A DNA stretch of 63,722 nt, counting the filler, from Platydemus manokwari (Eukaryota), in NCBI GenBank assembly GCA_037951405.1. It is 6 parts of 6 records of this genome, joined end to end, with 100 filler letters (N's around TTAATTAATTAA, not from the genome) between each part and the next. Parts side by side here need not be neighbours in the genome. Positions count along the whole stretch, not along the records: positions 10,095 to 19,419 come from JBBMOY011264429.1; positions 19,520 to 32,833 come from JBBMOY011762506.1; 4 more parts are not named here. One strand, written 5' to 3'. The position numbers and the translations under genes were made by a program. Each line of letters begins with the position of its first letter. Within the stretch, counting starts at the first letter, position 1. Under the pieces are notes generated by a model. It worked only from the letters and a program-made list of their open reading frames with translations, was not told where the DNA came from and did not search any database. Of the stretch, positions 14,064 to 32,600 are shown piece by piece.

Positions 14064-16620
14064 ATGTATTCACTCTTGCATTTAATACAAAATTATCTGT
14101 GCAGAACATGGAAAACAAAGAATGTAAAACCAGAATTCAAAAATAGACCACTAACAATGAAGCTTGACAAAAACAGTAATGTCTTAAATATAAGGATCGG
14201 ATATCAAAATTATGAATATTCAAGCCCTGGAATTGGAAGACTTAGAAAGACCATTGTCAATGTGATATGCCCGAAAATATGAGAAAAGATACTAAAGAAA
14301 CGTGAAGAAGAAGTAAAATAAAACAGGCACCACCAGAATTTAAACAACATCTTATAATATGTGATGTTGAGCTCATTAGCAGAAAAACAGAACAAAATGA
14401 AAAAATATTCAGAAGTACAATCCAAGGATATATGCACTGACAGAAATACTGAGCTCGAAAGAATAAGAATGGAGAACGCAAAACTTAAAAACCGGCTCAA
14501 AGAAAAAGATAACCAATTCCTCAAAGCCAAGATTAGAAGAAAAAGTCAAATAGAAACAGGAAACATTTCACACAGAGTCGAAATTACAGTGCCATGTATA
14601 AAAGCCCCAACACTGGAGTATCAACATCAGCTCCATTCAATATTGCGGATAAGTGAAGAAAGACAGACATTGCTCCTAGATTTGATGCTGAGTTCACAAT
14701 TGCATTTATCAATAATCGATGAGGCTATACTGAGAGGATCTCCGGTAATTTTATTTTGTCCCTTCGGTGCCTGGCAATTATCATTGGTTCTTCGGTGATG
14801 AAATAGATGAAATAGATGCCTATATACGTGAAGTTACTAAGAACATCAATACCTACTACATTAAATCTTCGGTTGCAGAGGGAATAATTGCACTTAACTA
14901 GGGTTAAATGAAGTAGGTGTCTGCCCATAAATATTGAATCAATACAAGTCAATCATGGCACCTATCAAGATTATACAGGACATTATTGGCCGGATAATTC
15001 AGTAAAAGAGCCAAAATCATTTACCTACTCGGCGATGAAATTATCTACATCAATAGAGAAATGAAACCAATCTACAATATGGAAGAACTTATCCATACAG
15101 AAGTATGAAGGTTATGTAAACTGACAATAACAAATCAACAACAACAGTGACTTCGGTCCCATTGTTTGGGTAATGCAGTAAAAATCAAAACTAAATACAA
15201 GGATATATTGATAAATATCAGCGAAATTTGACCCAAAATTTACAATGTCAAAAGTTCCAGTACTCAACACCTGACTGAATTTAGAAGAGGTCATGAACTT
15301 GTAAAACTAAAAAATGAGTATGTCTATTTCACGAAAAATACACGAGGATTTTATCAAACAGAGAATTCCGACAAAGAAAAAATCTAGTCTTGGATCCATT
15401 TATCAGCAAGCCAATCACAAGAAATCGAATTGATGACATAATTAAAAATCTCAGTTTTAAGTGTTTTAAAAATCGTGATTTAAGCTCTTGTCCGTTTTCT
15501 CTAAAAACAAAACAAAAGATTCTTCTGGTTATCAATGTAAAAAGTGCAACCACCTCCCTACTGGACTGAAAATCGGACACTCACTGAATAGCCCCAGAAT
15601 CTTATCTCAAATACAAACAAGAATATAAGTATCCTGATATGGCATCCAAAATGCCTGACTGAACAAGACCATAACACGAATAGATTATTCCAATTATAAT
15701 TCGGTGGCAGTGGCACCGTTGTCTATTGGTATATGAAAAGTTCTTGCTCAAACTCTAGTTTTTACAAAATAAACATCAAACAAATAAAAGAGAGTGCAAG
15801 AAAGGCCATCATTTAAGCAGGGAGTAAGAGAAATTAGCTAAGATCTCTAGTACTATCGCCAACGAATGTGAAACTAAAATCAACAATATGAATAAGACTG
15901 TTACTAGCTTCCAAACTGGTTGTCAAAATCATCACAACGCCATTAAATGAAATGTACAATAAATTTATTAATGATGTCAAAATCTATGTACAATGAAGGA
16001 ATCAACAAACTGATATCTTGACGAAAAGGATTTGTCAGTAGAACGAGGTAAAACTGATATATGTCTCGGTCAATTTTGAAAATATTTTCCAGCATCTGTC
16101 TTTAAAATAACAACTAGATCAGATGACGTCGACTGCTGTCCAAAAAAGAAAGAGCTGGAAAATCAATCTTGCATAAATTCATGTACGAGTGCCTGTATCA
16201 TGGGCAACCTGATCAAGAAGGACTTAAGTTTGAAATATGTAAAAGAGCTTGATCACTCCAATGTATGTGGCGTACAAAATTTATTCTAAGGGCAATCCTC
16301 AAAAGATTTCACGTCAAGATAGAAAACAATATTCACTTCTGTTTTTTAGTTAACGAGGAAGCCTCTTCTTTGATTAATACCGACATATTGTTTATACTAT
16401 TGGACTAAACGGACCTTGAGTATAAAGCTATGAAAAAATCAGAAGCCTCTACAATAACTGGAATACTGCCTTCCAATTCAGAAATTACATAACCAAGGAC
16501 ATCGCAATCAAAATAGAAATCAAGCAGGGGTATGCAGTATCGATGTTGTTGTTCAGAAGATGGATACAAAGCGAAACCTGTAATATTTGCGCTGCTTCAT
16601 AATGATGAAGATCCCACTAT
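14064..16620 (+). mobile_element. Decayed LTR-retroelement ORF(s): coiled coil, aspartic-protease-like segment and a Cys-rich downstream region
   Basis: ORF 14361-14798 has a coiled coil followed by LLDLMLSSQLHLSII, with DIIGR near 14980 (protease-like spacing). GC is elevated and there are many stops and frameshifts. Confidence 0.4.
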
Positions 16621-17383
16621 ATATCTGGCTTATGTTATTAAAAGCCGGCTTATTAGATAAATATTTTCATCAAATATCTATTTACTTGCTAACTTTTCCG
16701 TTTATAGGAATGTTTTGATCACAAATTAAATACAGATACAAATTGTTCTTTGTTTATTGTGTTGTATGTTTATGTTCTTAACAAACCGAACATGAACTTT
16801 CATTATTGTATAATATGGTTAAGTTGTGTTACTTCACAAATTATGTAACACAAAAGATAATCTATACACATTATCACGATAATCATACTTTGCATCATGC
16901 AAATATTTCGATATTGTAAAATGTGGAAAATAAAAATAGAATGTTTTCCGTTGCATTTCTTTTAAATTTATTGATTTATTGAGTTATTTATTCTTGAAAA
17001 TTGTTGAGTTGAAAATACTGACAACTTAACAAAGATTTGGAAATTTAAAAATTCGTTACCTATCACATCAGACAACGAATTAAGGAAATTCCTACTAAGA
17101 TTTATCAAAAGGAGGGAATTTATCGATTTGAGTTACTTCCATTATTTCATGAAGTATTTTTGTAAAGATTTAGTGAAAATCAATTTTTATTTTCACTATG
17201 AACACAATTGACTAATTGTTTAGAGGATAATGAAAGTTTAGTACGATTCTTTCATTATAAATAAAAATATGAAAAATTTAAAAATCATTTAAAAGACCTC
17301 AATGTAATATATTTTTAAAATGATTGCAGTAATTACATTATAAATATTATTTGAAAATTTTCAAATTCATTAAAATTACAAAA

Positions 17384-17518
17384 ATGGCTGGAAAAATTGC
17401 TGCAAAATCTGTGAAAAAGATAAGCAAAGAAGTTGCTAAAAGCACTGACAAAAAAAAGAGAATTTCCAAAAGAAAGGAAAGGCCACGATTAACATTTGAT
17501 CATTATATTTTTAGCTGA
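17384..17518 (+). pseudogene. H2B: Truncated histone H2B (N-terminal tail only)
   Basis: MAGKIAAKSVKKISKEVAKSTDKKKRISKRKE breaks off exactly where KES-Y begins (17481). An unrelated 12-codon tail then ends in TGA. A TATA-like sequence lies at about 17339. Confidence 0.8.
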
Positions 17519-17529
17519 TTAGTCGGAGA

Positions 17530-18450
17530 TAAAACTGCAATAATTTAAAACCAAAATATTTAATAATCGATACTGTATTTGGAAAATTAATTTTATCCAG
17601 ATTCTTAAATTTCAAAATAAATATAAATTGTTTACAATGAAATCGATAATGTATTTGAGAGTCAATTCTGTGAATGGCTAATTTCATATAATTCTCAAAA
17701 CATTGAGTACAAATATGATCACGTGCATCGATATCGAATTTCCAATATCACCCCTTAAATTTGTTTTTATTGTGTTCCTATATTTTTATTCTATATATCA
17801 ATATTATCTGAAAAATTAAAAAAATAAATTTTAATTCTTTTTAAAATTTTCCTCACAGTGTGTAAACATTTTACATATTTTTGGTACACTTTTATCGAAA
17901 ACATCTTTAGTTTCTTTTACTGAATATTCCATATCGAAATTATTTCTTATATCTCGCACAACTTCTATCAATTCTCGTCTATTAATTGATTATATACAAA
18001 TTTAGAAAGTTCTTGTTTTTTCGAAATCTTTTCCCAGTGTATATGCAGACCATTTCGTAACTCTATGTTATTGAATTCTTTACTTTGTGCTTAAATGTAA
18101 CTAATTTGTGTTCAGTTCTTAATGTGTATCTTCATTAATTGGATGGTTTATTACAAGTTTCGTTCAAGGTTCTTTTTACATTACCATTTCTATATAACGC
18201 TTCTAAAGCTCTTAATTGTTTGAGCACTTCTTATCAATATCCAATAGTTCTCGCAAATTCCTAAGAAGACTCAAAGATTCTTTATGCATTCTGTGCATTC
18301 AAACTTTTAAAATTATTTTCATTTGTTGAGATAAATTCTTCATATGTCTTCGAATATCATTAATATGTTGATTAAAATCTTTGAAATAATAATAAGATCA
18401 TCAATCAATACATACCGTTGAGTGTGCTATATTCATTAATAAAAAATCGA
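17530..18450 (-). pseudogene. Decayed intronless TRAF-like gene
   Basis: Minus strand: helical region, then EMVCIY and KCTKKYVKCL/HCEENF (TRAF zinc finger), then NLRGDIGNSISMHVII...(W>*)PFTELTL, matching the TRAF MATH pattern LNGDG...WPF. Confidence 0.5.
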
Positions 18451-19519
18451 GCTCTCTCAAATCAAAAAGTAAAAAGCTAAATTCGTAAAATAAATGATTT
18501 AATTAAAATTAAATGATTGGTTAATTTTATGATTGAGAGAAAAATTAAAAAATTAAAAGTTATCAATTTAAATAATTTAAAATTTAATTATTTAAATTCT
18601 TTTTTGAAATTTGTATTTTTAATAGATCATATTTTAGAGAATTATATGAAAATTTAATTTAATAATTGCAAAGATTTTAATTTGTTTCGAATAAAACGTA
18701 AAACTTTTAAACGAATATTTCTAATAAATCTCATCATTTTATTGATGTAGCTACTCGTAACAATGATGAAATATTTATATAATCAAAATTTCTCTTCCAG
18801 CAAATATAAAATTAATTGTTCAAAAAGCTTTCAATTATAGGTTAACTTTATAAGTAAACATTTTATAAAACTTATCTCTTTACAATATTCACTGATGTCC
18901 TTCCAAAGATTCACTCAATCATTACGTCACCAGAACCCTACAAAATATTCCAATCCGTATTTTCACACGTGAGAGGCTAACATAATCGCGTTCGATGTGA
19001 ACGATGAGTAATCGCTCCACAAGTTATCTGTTAGACAGATTCATCCATATGATATTAAATAGAGGATGCTGATCACATCAGGTTCTGGCGAATTGCGATT
19101 ATCATTCTTTTGATTTTCCAAACCCAGGTACACTACTTTTCACTAGACAGCAACTAGACAGTTCAATGAGATATACATAAAAGCATTACGGTTGATTTAC
19201 TTGTGACTCAACTTCATGAAAGCAATTTCTTCAAGACATTTCAAATTTTATTTATTTTCAGTTTTACAGAGTGTGTCATTGAAAGTCTTGTTTGGAAAAT
19301 AGAATTAACCAACAGTGATACTTTTCACACGGTGAAACGATAAAGCTCTATTCATAAGCTATCAAAATCAGTCAACATTGTTTGATTTGTTTATACGCAT
19401 CATATTTGTTTTAATTATGNNNNNNNNNNNNNNNNNNNNNNNNNNNNNNNNNNNNNNNNNNNNTTAATTAATTAANNNNNNNNNNNNNNNNNNNNNNNNN
19501 NNNNNNNNNNNNNNNNNNN

Positions 19520-20926
19520 AGTTTTTTAGGTCTAACTAATTATTATAGAAAATATGTAAAAGACTATGCAAAACACGCCAGAATACTCGAAAGCTTTTGT
19601 GGATCCAGTAAGGCAAAACTGAAGTGGTCCGAAGAATGTGAAAACAGTTTCAATAATTTGAAGTCACCGATGATGTCCACTCCGATCTTAGAATTTCAAG
19701 ATATTTCAAAAGGGTGAACTTCATAGTAATGCTGATGGAATGTCTAGAAAGTCTTGTAATTCTTGCAGTCAGTGACAGACGGTTCATGAGGATGCGAAAA
19801 CAGATAAGAACAAAACCAGATTATTAGCTATCCAAGAAAATAAATAAAATGATGAAATCGAAAAAATAAAAATAAAAGAAACAAAATTTGAATTACATAA
19901 AGAGCTGTGCCATGCAAATACGAAAAAGGTGTAGGAATATTTACGTAATAATCTTTTAATACAAGCAAGTGAAGCAACTGTTAGAAGAAAAATAGAAAAG
20001 TTTAAAAAATGTCAAAGAAGGAAAACGTGGACTAAAAAAACAAAAGAAAATGTTTTAAATCAAATACATTTTGGCAATTATTGATCATTTCAGCAAATAC
20101 ATTTCATTGCAAGCGGTAGCCCACCAATATGACAAAATAACAGCAGAGGTGCTGCTAAATAAATGGATTCTAAAATCTGACGCCCCGAAACGTCTACATA
20201 CAGATAGAGGAAGAGTCTTCGATTCCAAAGTTATTTCAGAGCTCTTGACAAAGCATCACATTTTATTGAAACAATCGAGTCCTTACCATCACAGTACAAA
20301 TGGTCTGATCGAACGACAATTTCAAACAATACGTGACGAAATAACGATAAGTAATCAAGACAAGAGATACACAGATTGGGTTGACTTGTTGCCTGATATC
20401 GAATACAATAGAACAATTGGCACAATATTCAGCAGCAGAAATAGTTTTTGGTAGACCTATTAATAAAGAATGACAAGAAAGACAAATTACGGAAGATATA
20501 AATGGACATCGGTTAGAGAATTAGAGAAAACAGAATCAAAAGAATATTGAAAAACAACTGCGGGCTAGATATGATGAGAAGAATAAGGGAGAACCACAAA
20601 CGAAAAGAAAATACAATATTGGCCAATGAGTATTAATAAAAAGAAAAAACCCTAATAAAATGGAAGATAGATACGAGGGCCCATATCAAATAATAGAAAA
20701 AATTCACGACAGGAGTTACAAGCTGAAGAATGAGACTGCGAAAGTTAAAATAAGAAATACAGAGTATTTGAAGGATTTTGAAATAGAGGAGATGTAAGGA
20801 AGATTTGTAAATGGAAATGTGATTGTGATATGTATGATCTGTGTATGTTGTTTGAAAGCATGTTGACTAGTGATTGCGCAATTGTCAGTAACTACAATCC
20901 AATAAACCTCCCAAGATGTTATTACA
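19520..20926 (+). mobile_element. Ty3/Gypsy LTR retrotransposon 3' part with internal deletions, PPT and 3' LTR
   Basis: SFLGLTNYYRKYVKDYAK...W...FNNLK (RT thumb), HSNADGMSR (end of RNase H), HxxLCH and CQRRK zinc finger, IIDHFSKY, LHTDRG and SSPYHHSTNGLIER (integrase core), YEGPY module. PPT GAAATAGAGGAGA precedes LTR TGTAA...TTACA at 20793-20926, which contains AATAAA. Confidence 0.92.
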
Positions 20927-22093
20927 TCATCAATAATAAAATGATGTATATAACATCGTTATTGCATTAAACATATTATTTCAGTGTAAAACGTCTTATT
21001 TGTAACAATACCTTTTTTAAATTTTATTAACATTTTTACGAACAATTGCGTCTAAAACCGTCAATATCAAACTTTATTTGTTCCTACTGTCCGTCAATGT
21101 GTTAATTGGTTATTTGTATTATATATTAAAATTGATTAACTAATTATATATTATATATTATCATTACCTATTATCATTGTTCTTCGACTAATTATATATT
21201 GAATATTATCATTATACATTAATAATATGTAACGTCAATGCTTTTGCTTTGGAATCTTTAAATGTGAACGAGCGAAAGCAAAAATACTTGAGTTTATAAC
21301 TTCAACAATTGACGCCACAACTACTCAAGTTTTGTAAAATTATTATAACATTAGAAGATACCATACATAATGAAAACGTGATGTGCAATAAAATTTTATT
21401 GATCTGTGCAATAAACATTGAAAACTGAGATTTTATAACAATGCAGAATTTTCAATGAAATAGCAATTTCTATAAATAATAGATTAACTAATAAGGATAA
21501 AACATAGTTTTAAAACCAAGTTCTCTTTTTAATCACAACACTTCTATATGATTATTTGAGTTTTTAATTTTTAATTTTCATTATAATAAATTAAGTTAGT
21601 TAATTGCAGATATGTTTAATAATATCATTGCTTATTTTTATAAAATTGTAAAAATTTAGAATATCTATAATTTCCTTCTAATGTTAACAAATGGTTTCTC
21701 GCTAATTGTCAATAAATTTTAATTCAAACTACTTTGATCCGTTTATCAGGTAATTCGACTTTTAATCACCAACATAATTTATATTTGATTTCAAGCATCT
21801 TAAATTCTTCTTAAGAACTTAAATAAAAAAATGCAAAATGTTTATAAACAATATAATTAAACAAACTTTATAGAATTTTGCAATACACTCAGCAAATTTA
21901 AAATTTCATTTTAGGACCTTTTTAACTTTCGACGAATTTTTAATAAATAGTAACATTATGAAAAAAAATCTATGCCAAATAAATAAGTAGGTCAGAATAA
22001 AATAAATTGACACCATTTCTAAATTACTATTTAGAACAAAGATAAAATATGATTCATAGCGAAAATGTTTTATTTTTCATCGACAATAAATAA

Positions 22094-22609
22094 ATCGATT
22101 TGACTTGCAATATAAGTGCAGATTACTCAGTCAGTTCAGTCCACAAAAATAACTTACGAGTTAACTAAGAAATAACGTGCTATGAAACATTGGAATACAG
22201 TGAAACTTGTCTACTAAAACTGAATTTGTCAGTTTGGCATATTCGAAGTGGAAATTTTAATGACGTTCAGTTTGCGGAACTAAAGTTTAAAGTGAAACAG
22301 TGGAAATTTTGTTGAAATTGTCGAACTTTTATGTGTTTAAAAATCTTCCAAGACGGTAATGATGTTACTGTGGTTTTGGTACTCGCTAAACTTACAGAAT
22401 AAATCTAATATGTTTGCATTGTCAAGTTTCCAGACATTAAAGACGAATTAGCCATATCGGAGGTAGAAATAAAAGATTGGAGTGAATTCTCATCTGAGAC
22501 AGTAAACTGTATATTACTTCCGTCGATCAGTACGGACTGGAAACATATTATAAATTGGATTCTTTGTAAAGGATTAATTATTATTGTTAATTGTATTGTG
22601 ATCTTTTAA
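22094..22609 (+). pseudogene. Decayed ORF, possibly F5/8C/fucolectin-like with a hydrophobic C-terminus
   Basis: One frame of 172 codons has only 4 internal stops in very AT-rich DNA. It contains LAISEVEI, several Cys and a hydrophobic tail. Confidence 0.3.
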
Positions 22610-23004
22610 ATCTATATTTAATTTTACTATATCATTTTATGTTTCGTCATTCTATTCATCTCAACATTTTATTTGAGTATTAAAACTATTTTAACATTGA
22701 TAATAGCATGCTTTTATCTGACTTTAATTAATTGTGACAATATTAATTGATGTGTGTAATTATAATAATTATTGTGAGGATTTATAATAAACTGAAATTT
22801 GATAAATTTTATTTCGATTTTGAGATTGTAGGAACCCATATTATGAAATCATAATGTGATTTGCATGGAGCAGGGGTCTCAATCGTTGATGGTTTGAATA
22901 ATTGTAATTAACATATAATTAGATGTCGTGACTTTTCAGTTCATTTTCAATCCGTGCTTTATAAAATAGTAGCTGCTTACAATTATAATAATTATTACAG
23001 CTGT

Positions 23005-23620
23005 TTTTTATTAATGAAATGAAATGTAGGCGAGATGTGAGTTCATTAAACAGAATTGAAAAAGTTGAAATCATGATGGTAAATAAATATAAATCAGTCA
23101 TAATTTACAGGGAAGCAACTGAGCCAACTCTAGGAAAACACAATATTTGCAATGGCAGCAAACCAATCTAATTTTCTAGTCATCGTTCCAAAATATAAAT
23201 CAGGAGTCATTTGACGAAAACAAGAAAAAGGGATAGTCTATGGTTTGATTGATCGTTCCATATCAGTTCTAAGGACACATTATATTTTAATAATTTTAAT
23301 TTATTTATGTCTTGCTCCATTAGATTTTGATACTTTAAATATACCGATATCAAAATTTGGAAACTCCTTATCTTCGCTAACATATGAATGAAACATTTGC
23401 TATCAATCTTTAACGTTTGCATGTTTCGTTTTGTTATCTAAATTGATATTTTAACGCCCTTTCCATCAATTTAGCAAATATGCTGTGTCATTTCACGTTT
23501 ATTCGCTATTATGGTAATTATCTCTTACAATGGTTCACTTATTGTAATAGAAACCAGTGGCCGCTAGAAAACCATTTCTTACTGTAATCAAAATTTCGAA
23601 ACACATCGTATAACAGTGAT
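23005..23620 (-). pseudogene. Decayed BIR-repeat (IAP-like) relic
   Basis: FLAATGFYY, then S(G>*)FIF...RLVCCHC, and HISPT(C>F)HF follow the BIR consensus LAxAGFxY..VxCxxC..HxxxSPxCxF. Confidence 0.4.
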
Positions 23621-23902
23621 GTACCAGAAGTCTGAAATTTTTTAGTCATATATCCATTTCTGTTCTTTAATTCAGTATCGATATTTATAGTGATAATTAT
23701 AAACGAAGATTGTTTAAATTGATAATTTTTAAAGTATCCCAGATCAGGAAACAGATGTCAAAAGATAAACACTATTTTTCAACTTAACTCAACATTTATT
23801 GCTCAAAACTATATCGTTAATCCAAACAATAAACTTTGCAACAACAAAAATCGAATATTTCACAAATATCTACGATATGATTTCATAAAAAAATCACTAG
23901 TC

Positions 23903-26544
<2,642 letters not shown>

Positions 26545-27413
26545 ATTGATTAATAATATTTATTTAAAAGTGAAACTCAGTTAAACAACCTATTTAAATA
26601 GTAGCAACCATAAAGCCAGTAAACAGGAAACATTGTTACACGATAAAACTTATTATTTTGTATAAATTATAAATATAATAAACAATACAGACTAAATATT
26701 TTAAAATAAAATTTCAGTTAATATTCAATTCAATAATTTTTGAATATTTTATAAATAAAATAAGCTGCTATCACATTTGTATCTGTTGTTATTGGCAAAA
26801 AATTAACTTTATAAATTTACCAATTAAAAAGTCCTTCTGTTAATTAAATTAAAAAAGAAGTTTGCTATTGTAAAATAAAAAACCTTGCATAGTTACAAAA
26901 TAATATAAAATCAAAAACCAAGAAAATGAAATCTTAGTTAATTATCATTATAAATTTCAATCGTTCCTAACGATACATAAAAATATTTTACTTCAATGAG
27001 AAATCAAAATATTTTTTTCTTTGATAATTTCTTTTTAAACTTTTATTTTCAATTATATAATACATTCGTTTACTTGTTTCTAAGAATCGTGAAAGAATTT
27101 TATTTTATTAGCATAAACATCTAATATCTCCATATCTTCTTTGATACATGTTAATTTTACGTCTACACTACCTTACTATAAAATTTAGATGTAAACAAAA
27201 CCTAATTCTCGATAATAAATCAAAATAAAGACCTGAATATCGGAATGGGGTTATCTCTTCAACATTATATTTTAGCAGTTGAATGATTAATATTGTATGA
27301 TAAATCTAAAAATTCTTTAAAGATTTAGGTTCAGTACTGTCGATACATAAAATATTTTATTTCATTGACAAATTCTCAACAAATTAAAAATATTTGTTCT
27401 AGTCTCAGTCAAA

Positions 27414-29690
<2,277 letters not shown>

Positions 29691-32600
29691 ATTAATTTAA
29701 TAAAAACTCTTTTTATTGATTAATTAAACAAATATATTAATTAATAACAGCACGTTGAGTATTGATTGGCATGTTATTTTATTTTTATTATTTTTCTCTT
29801 ATTTCTCAAATAATTATAATTATATTTTTATTATAAAGTAATATAATAAAATAATATTTGATCGTCAACATTTTATCAGTATTATATTTATCACCAGAAA
29901 AAATTATTTTAATCATTTCTAATTAATAATTTAAATTTCGTTAATTATTTGTATTGTTTTTAAAATATTTTTGATTTTAAATTTTTAATTTAATTTATAA
30001 AATGATACTGAAATGTATTTATAACTTTATAGAATTAGATAAGTTCAGCAACGATATTCAATTATCTCTTTTAATTTACACGAGTTCTAATAATATATTT
30101 AAACAATTGTAAGATTAAAATGATCTTCCTATTATGTAATAAATCGATTTGTTTATGGAGTTTTCATTGTAGAATGAAATTATAACTTGTAAATGTTATC
30201 TATAATAACAATCGACAATAAGTTCATTAAATCTTGTTAGGTTATTTAATGCCATTTTTAATGATGAATAAATATTTTGTTAACGAATAATTCTATCTGA
30301 TAGAGTATTCTATGAACAATATAGCATAAAAATAATAAAAAATAAAATAACTGAAAATTTTTTAATATATAATTGTATAATTGGAAGTATAAAAAATATT
30401 TTCATTATTTACATTCATTATTTACTGTCTCTAAAGTTTATTATTAAGTCTTATCGGATTTTTGAAAAATCGTTAGAATTACAGATCTGTATATAAATTG
30501 AGAGGATAATGCACAATTAATTGAAAAATAGTTTGAAATTGATCTTAATTATTAAGCTAAACAACTTCCTTATTTGAGAATCTTCAATAATATTGAGTTA
30601 AGTGTAATTTATATTTCTAATTTATTCTTCCAGAATACAAATTTTCTGTCACTCAATAGGAAGACTCTTAATGAGTAAGCCATAACCCAGTGTGATGAAA
30701 AGAGTAAACAAGAATATGTTTAGCCAAAATAAATGAATAGTATTATCAGTGTTTTATTTTCTTTGAATAAACGTCGTTTAAGTCAGATATTTTATACAAA
30801 ATAAATTATTCCATGTCATCTATTATGATGTTGATGTTCCAATGATCAAGATGTTGGGTGTCTGGTGTTTAATAGTGTTATGCAAACTCATCAACTTGAA
30901 TTCTTTAATAAACGATTGTATAATTTGTTCCAATTTATTTTGTTATTCAACTACATAATATTTTATGAATTTTTTAAATTATTTTATTTTCTGTACAATT
31001 TAACCAAGTTAGTTCGATCAAGTTGTTCTTGTAAACAATAAGTGTAGTTATTTCGAAGAGACAGAAATTGCTTAATAAACAATATTTTAGACTGGGAAGT
31101 TCGTACCATATTATTAATTTATTTTTCATTTTTGAAGCTTAAAATAAACTGATTTTTGGAGATATATACTTATTATTTATTTATTTATTTTTATTATAAA
31201 AATAAATTACTTTTATATACTGCATCTTATTCTTGATATTATTATTACAATTTTATTTTAATAGCCTAACGCATGTTTCCACGTGTGTGTATTTCGATGG
31301 TTCAGATAAAAATCAAATCAAGCATCAAAGATATAAATCATAAAATGATAATCAAATATTCAATATCAGTTCAATTGTAAAAAACACGTCAGTTTTAATC
31401 AAATTTTAAATCTAACTTTAAATGTGCCTTTATTTCCCAACACTTTCAACTTTTGTCAAATCGTGTTTGTTGTTATAGTTTCATATCTTAACGTTTATGT
31501 TTCTTCTTTCTTTATACACTACTACCAGGTCTCACTGTCGTTGATATTTTTTCTTCAATCTTGCTATGGGAATATAACACAAATTCGTCCATTAATTTCA
31601 TAATGCTATTGTTGGGTACAAATCCCACCGCAATAATTATATACATTTTTTCAAATTTTCCAAAATTATTTAGACTGATAAATCTAAAAATAGATTAAAG
31701 TAAGTCTATAAATAGATCATATAATTTAAAAAAACACTGTAAATAAGTAAATAATATTTTTAAAATCACGAAATAGTATTGAATAAATACAAAAATAGAA
31801 AATAGTAATGAAAAATATAAATTAAGAAGCTTTGATTAAAATAAATACAAGATCAAACTAATTAAACAAGTTAAAAAAATTATAATCAAGATATTTATCA
31901 CGCAATCGATATTCCACGAGTTACGTGAAGCAAAACTTCGAAAGCTACTATACATTGTTAAGAGAATTAGTCAGAAACTATGATTTTATTCAAGAGAAAA
32001 TTAATTATTGTTTGAAAATCGATTTTTATAATTTTATTGTTATAATGGGTTTCTCACGATAGATAATTTTATTCAAATTCTACTTCGTCATTTCTTTTCT
32101 AACTTCAGTGATAACTATTACGAAAATGAACAAATATTTAATAATTATTAATACATTTAACTTGAACCTGTTGCAACCAAACGGTAATTAATTTTTAAAC
32201 TTGAAATCTAAAATCAAACATCTTGTCCTTCGTACTTGCCGACCAATAGGTGGCAACTATCAGTAATGCTAAAGGCAACTAGAACTCTCACAAATCTCCA
32301 GCATAAGAGTATATAAATTCTTACTCAAAGCGATAACTGTGGCAATAATTAATTTAATTTATTTACTCCTGATTATTTGTTATCAATTGTATTGAATTGT
32401 TATCAATTGCATTGAATAGTTTCAGTTTTAACATTCTATTTGTCTTTACAATTATATTTTATTGGAATATTCATAGCTATTTTGTTTTATTTATAATTTC
32501 TGAATAAAAATTGTACCTGCTGGAGTTAGTTTATAATAATCTTAATATCAAAGCGAATCATTAACAATCTATAGCTCGTAACACCTTTTTAAATTTTACA

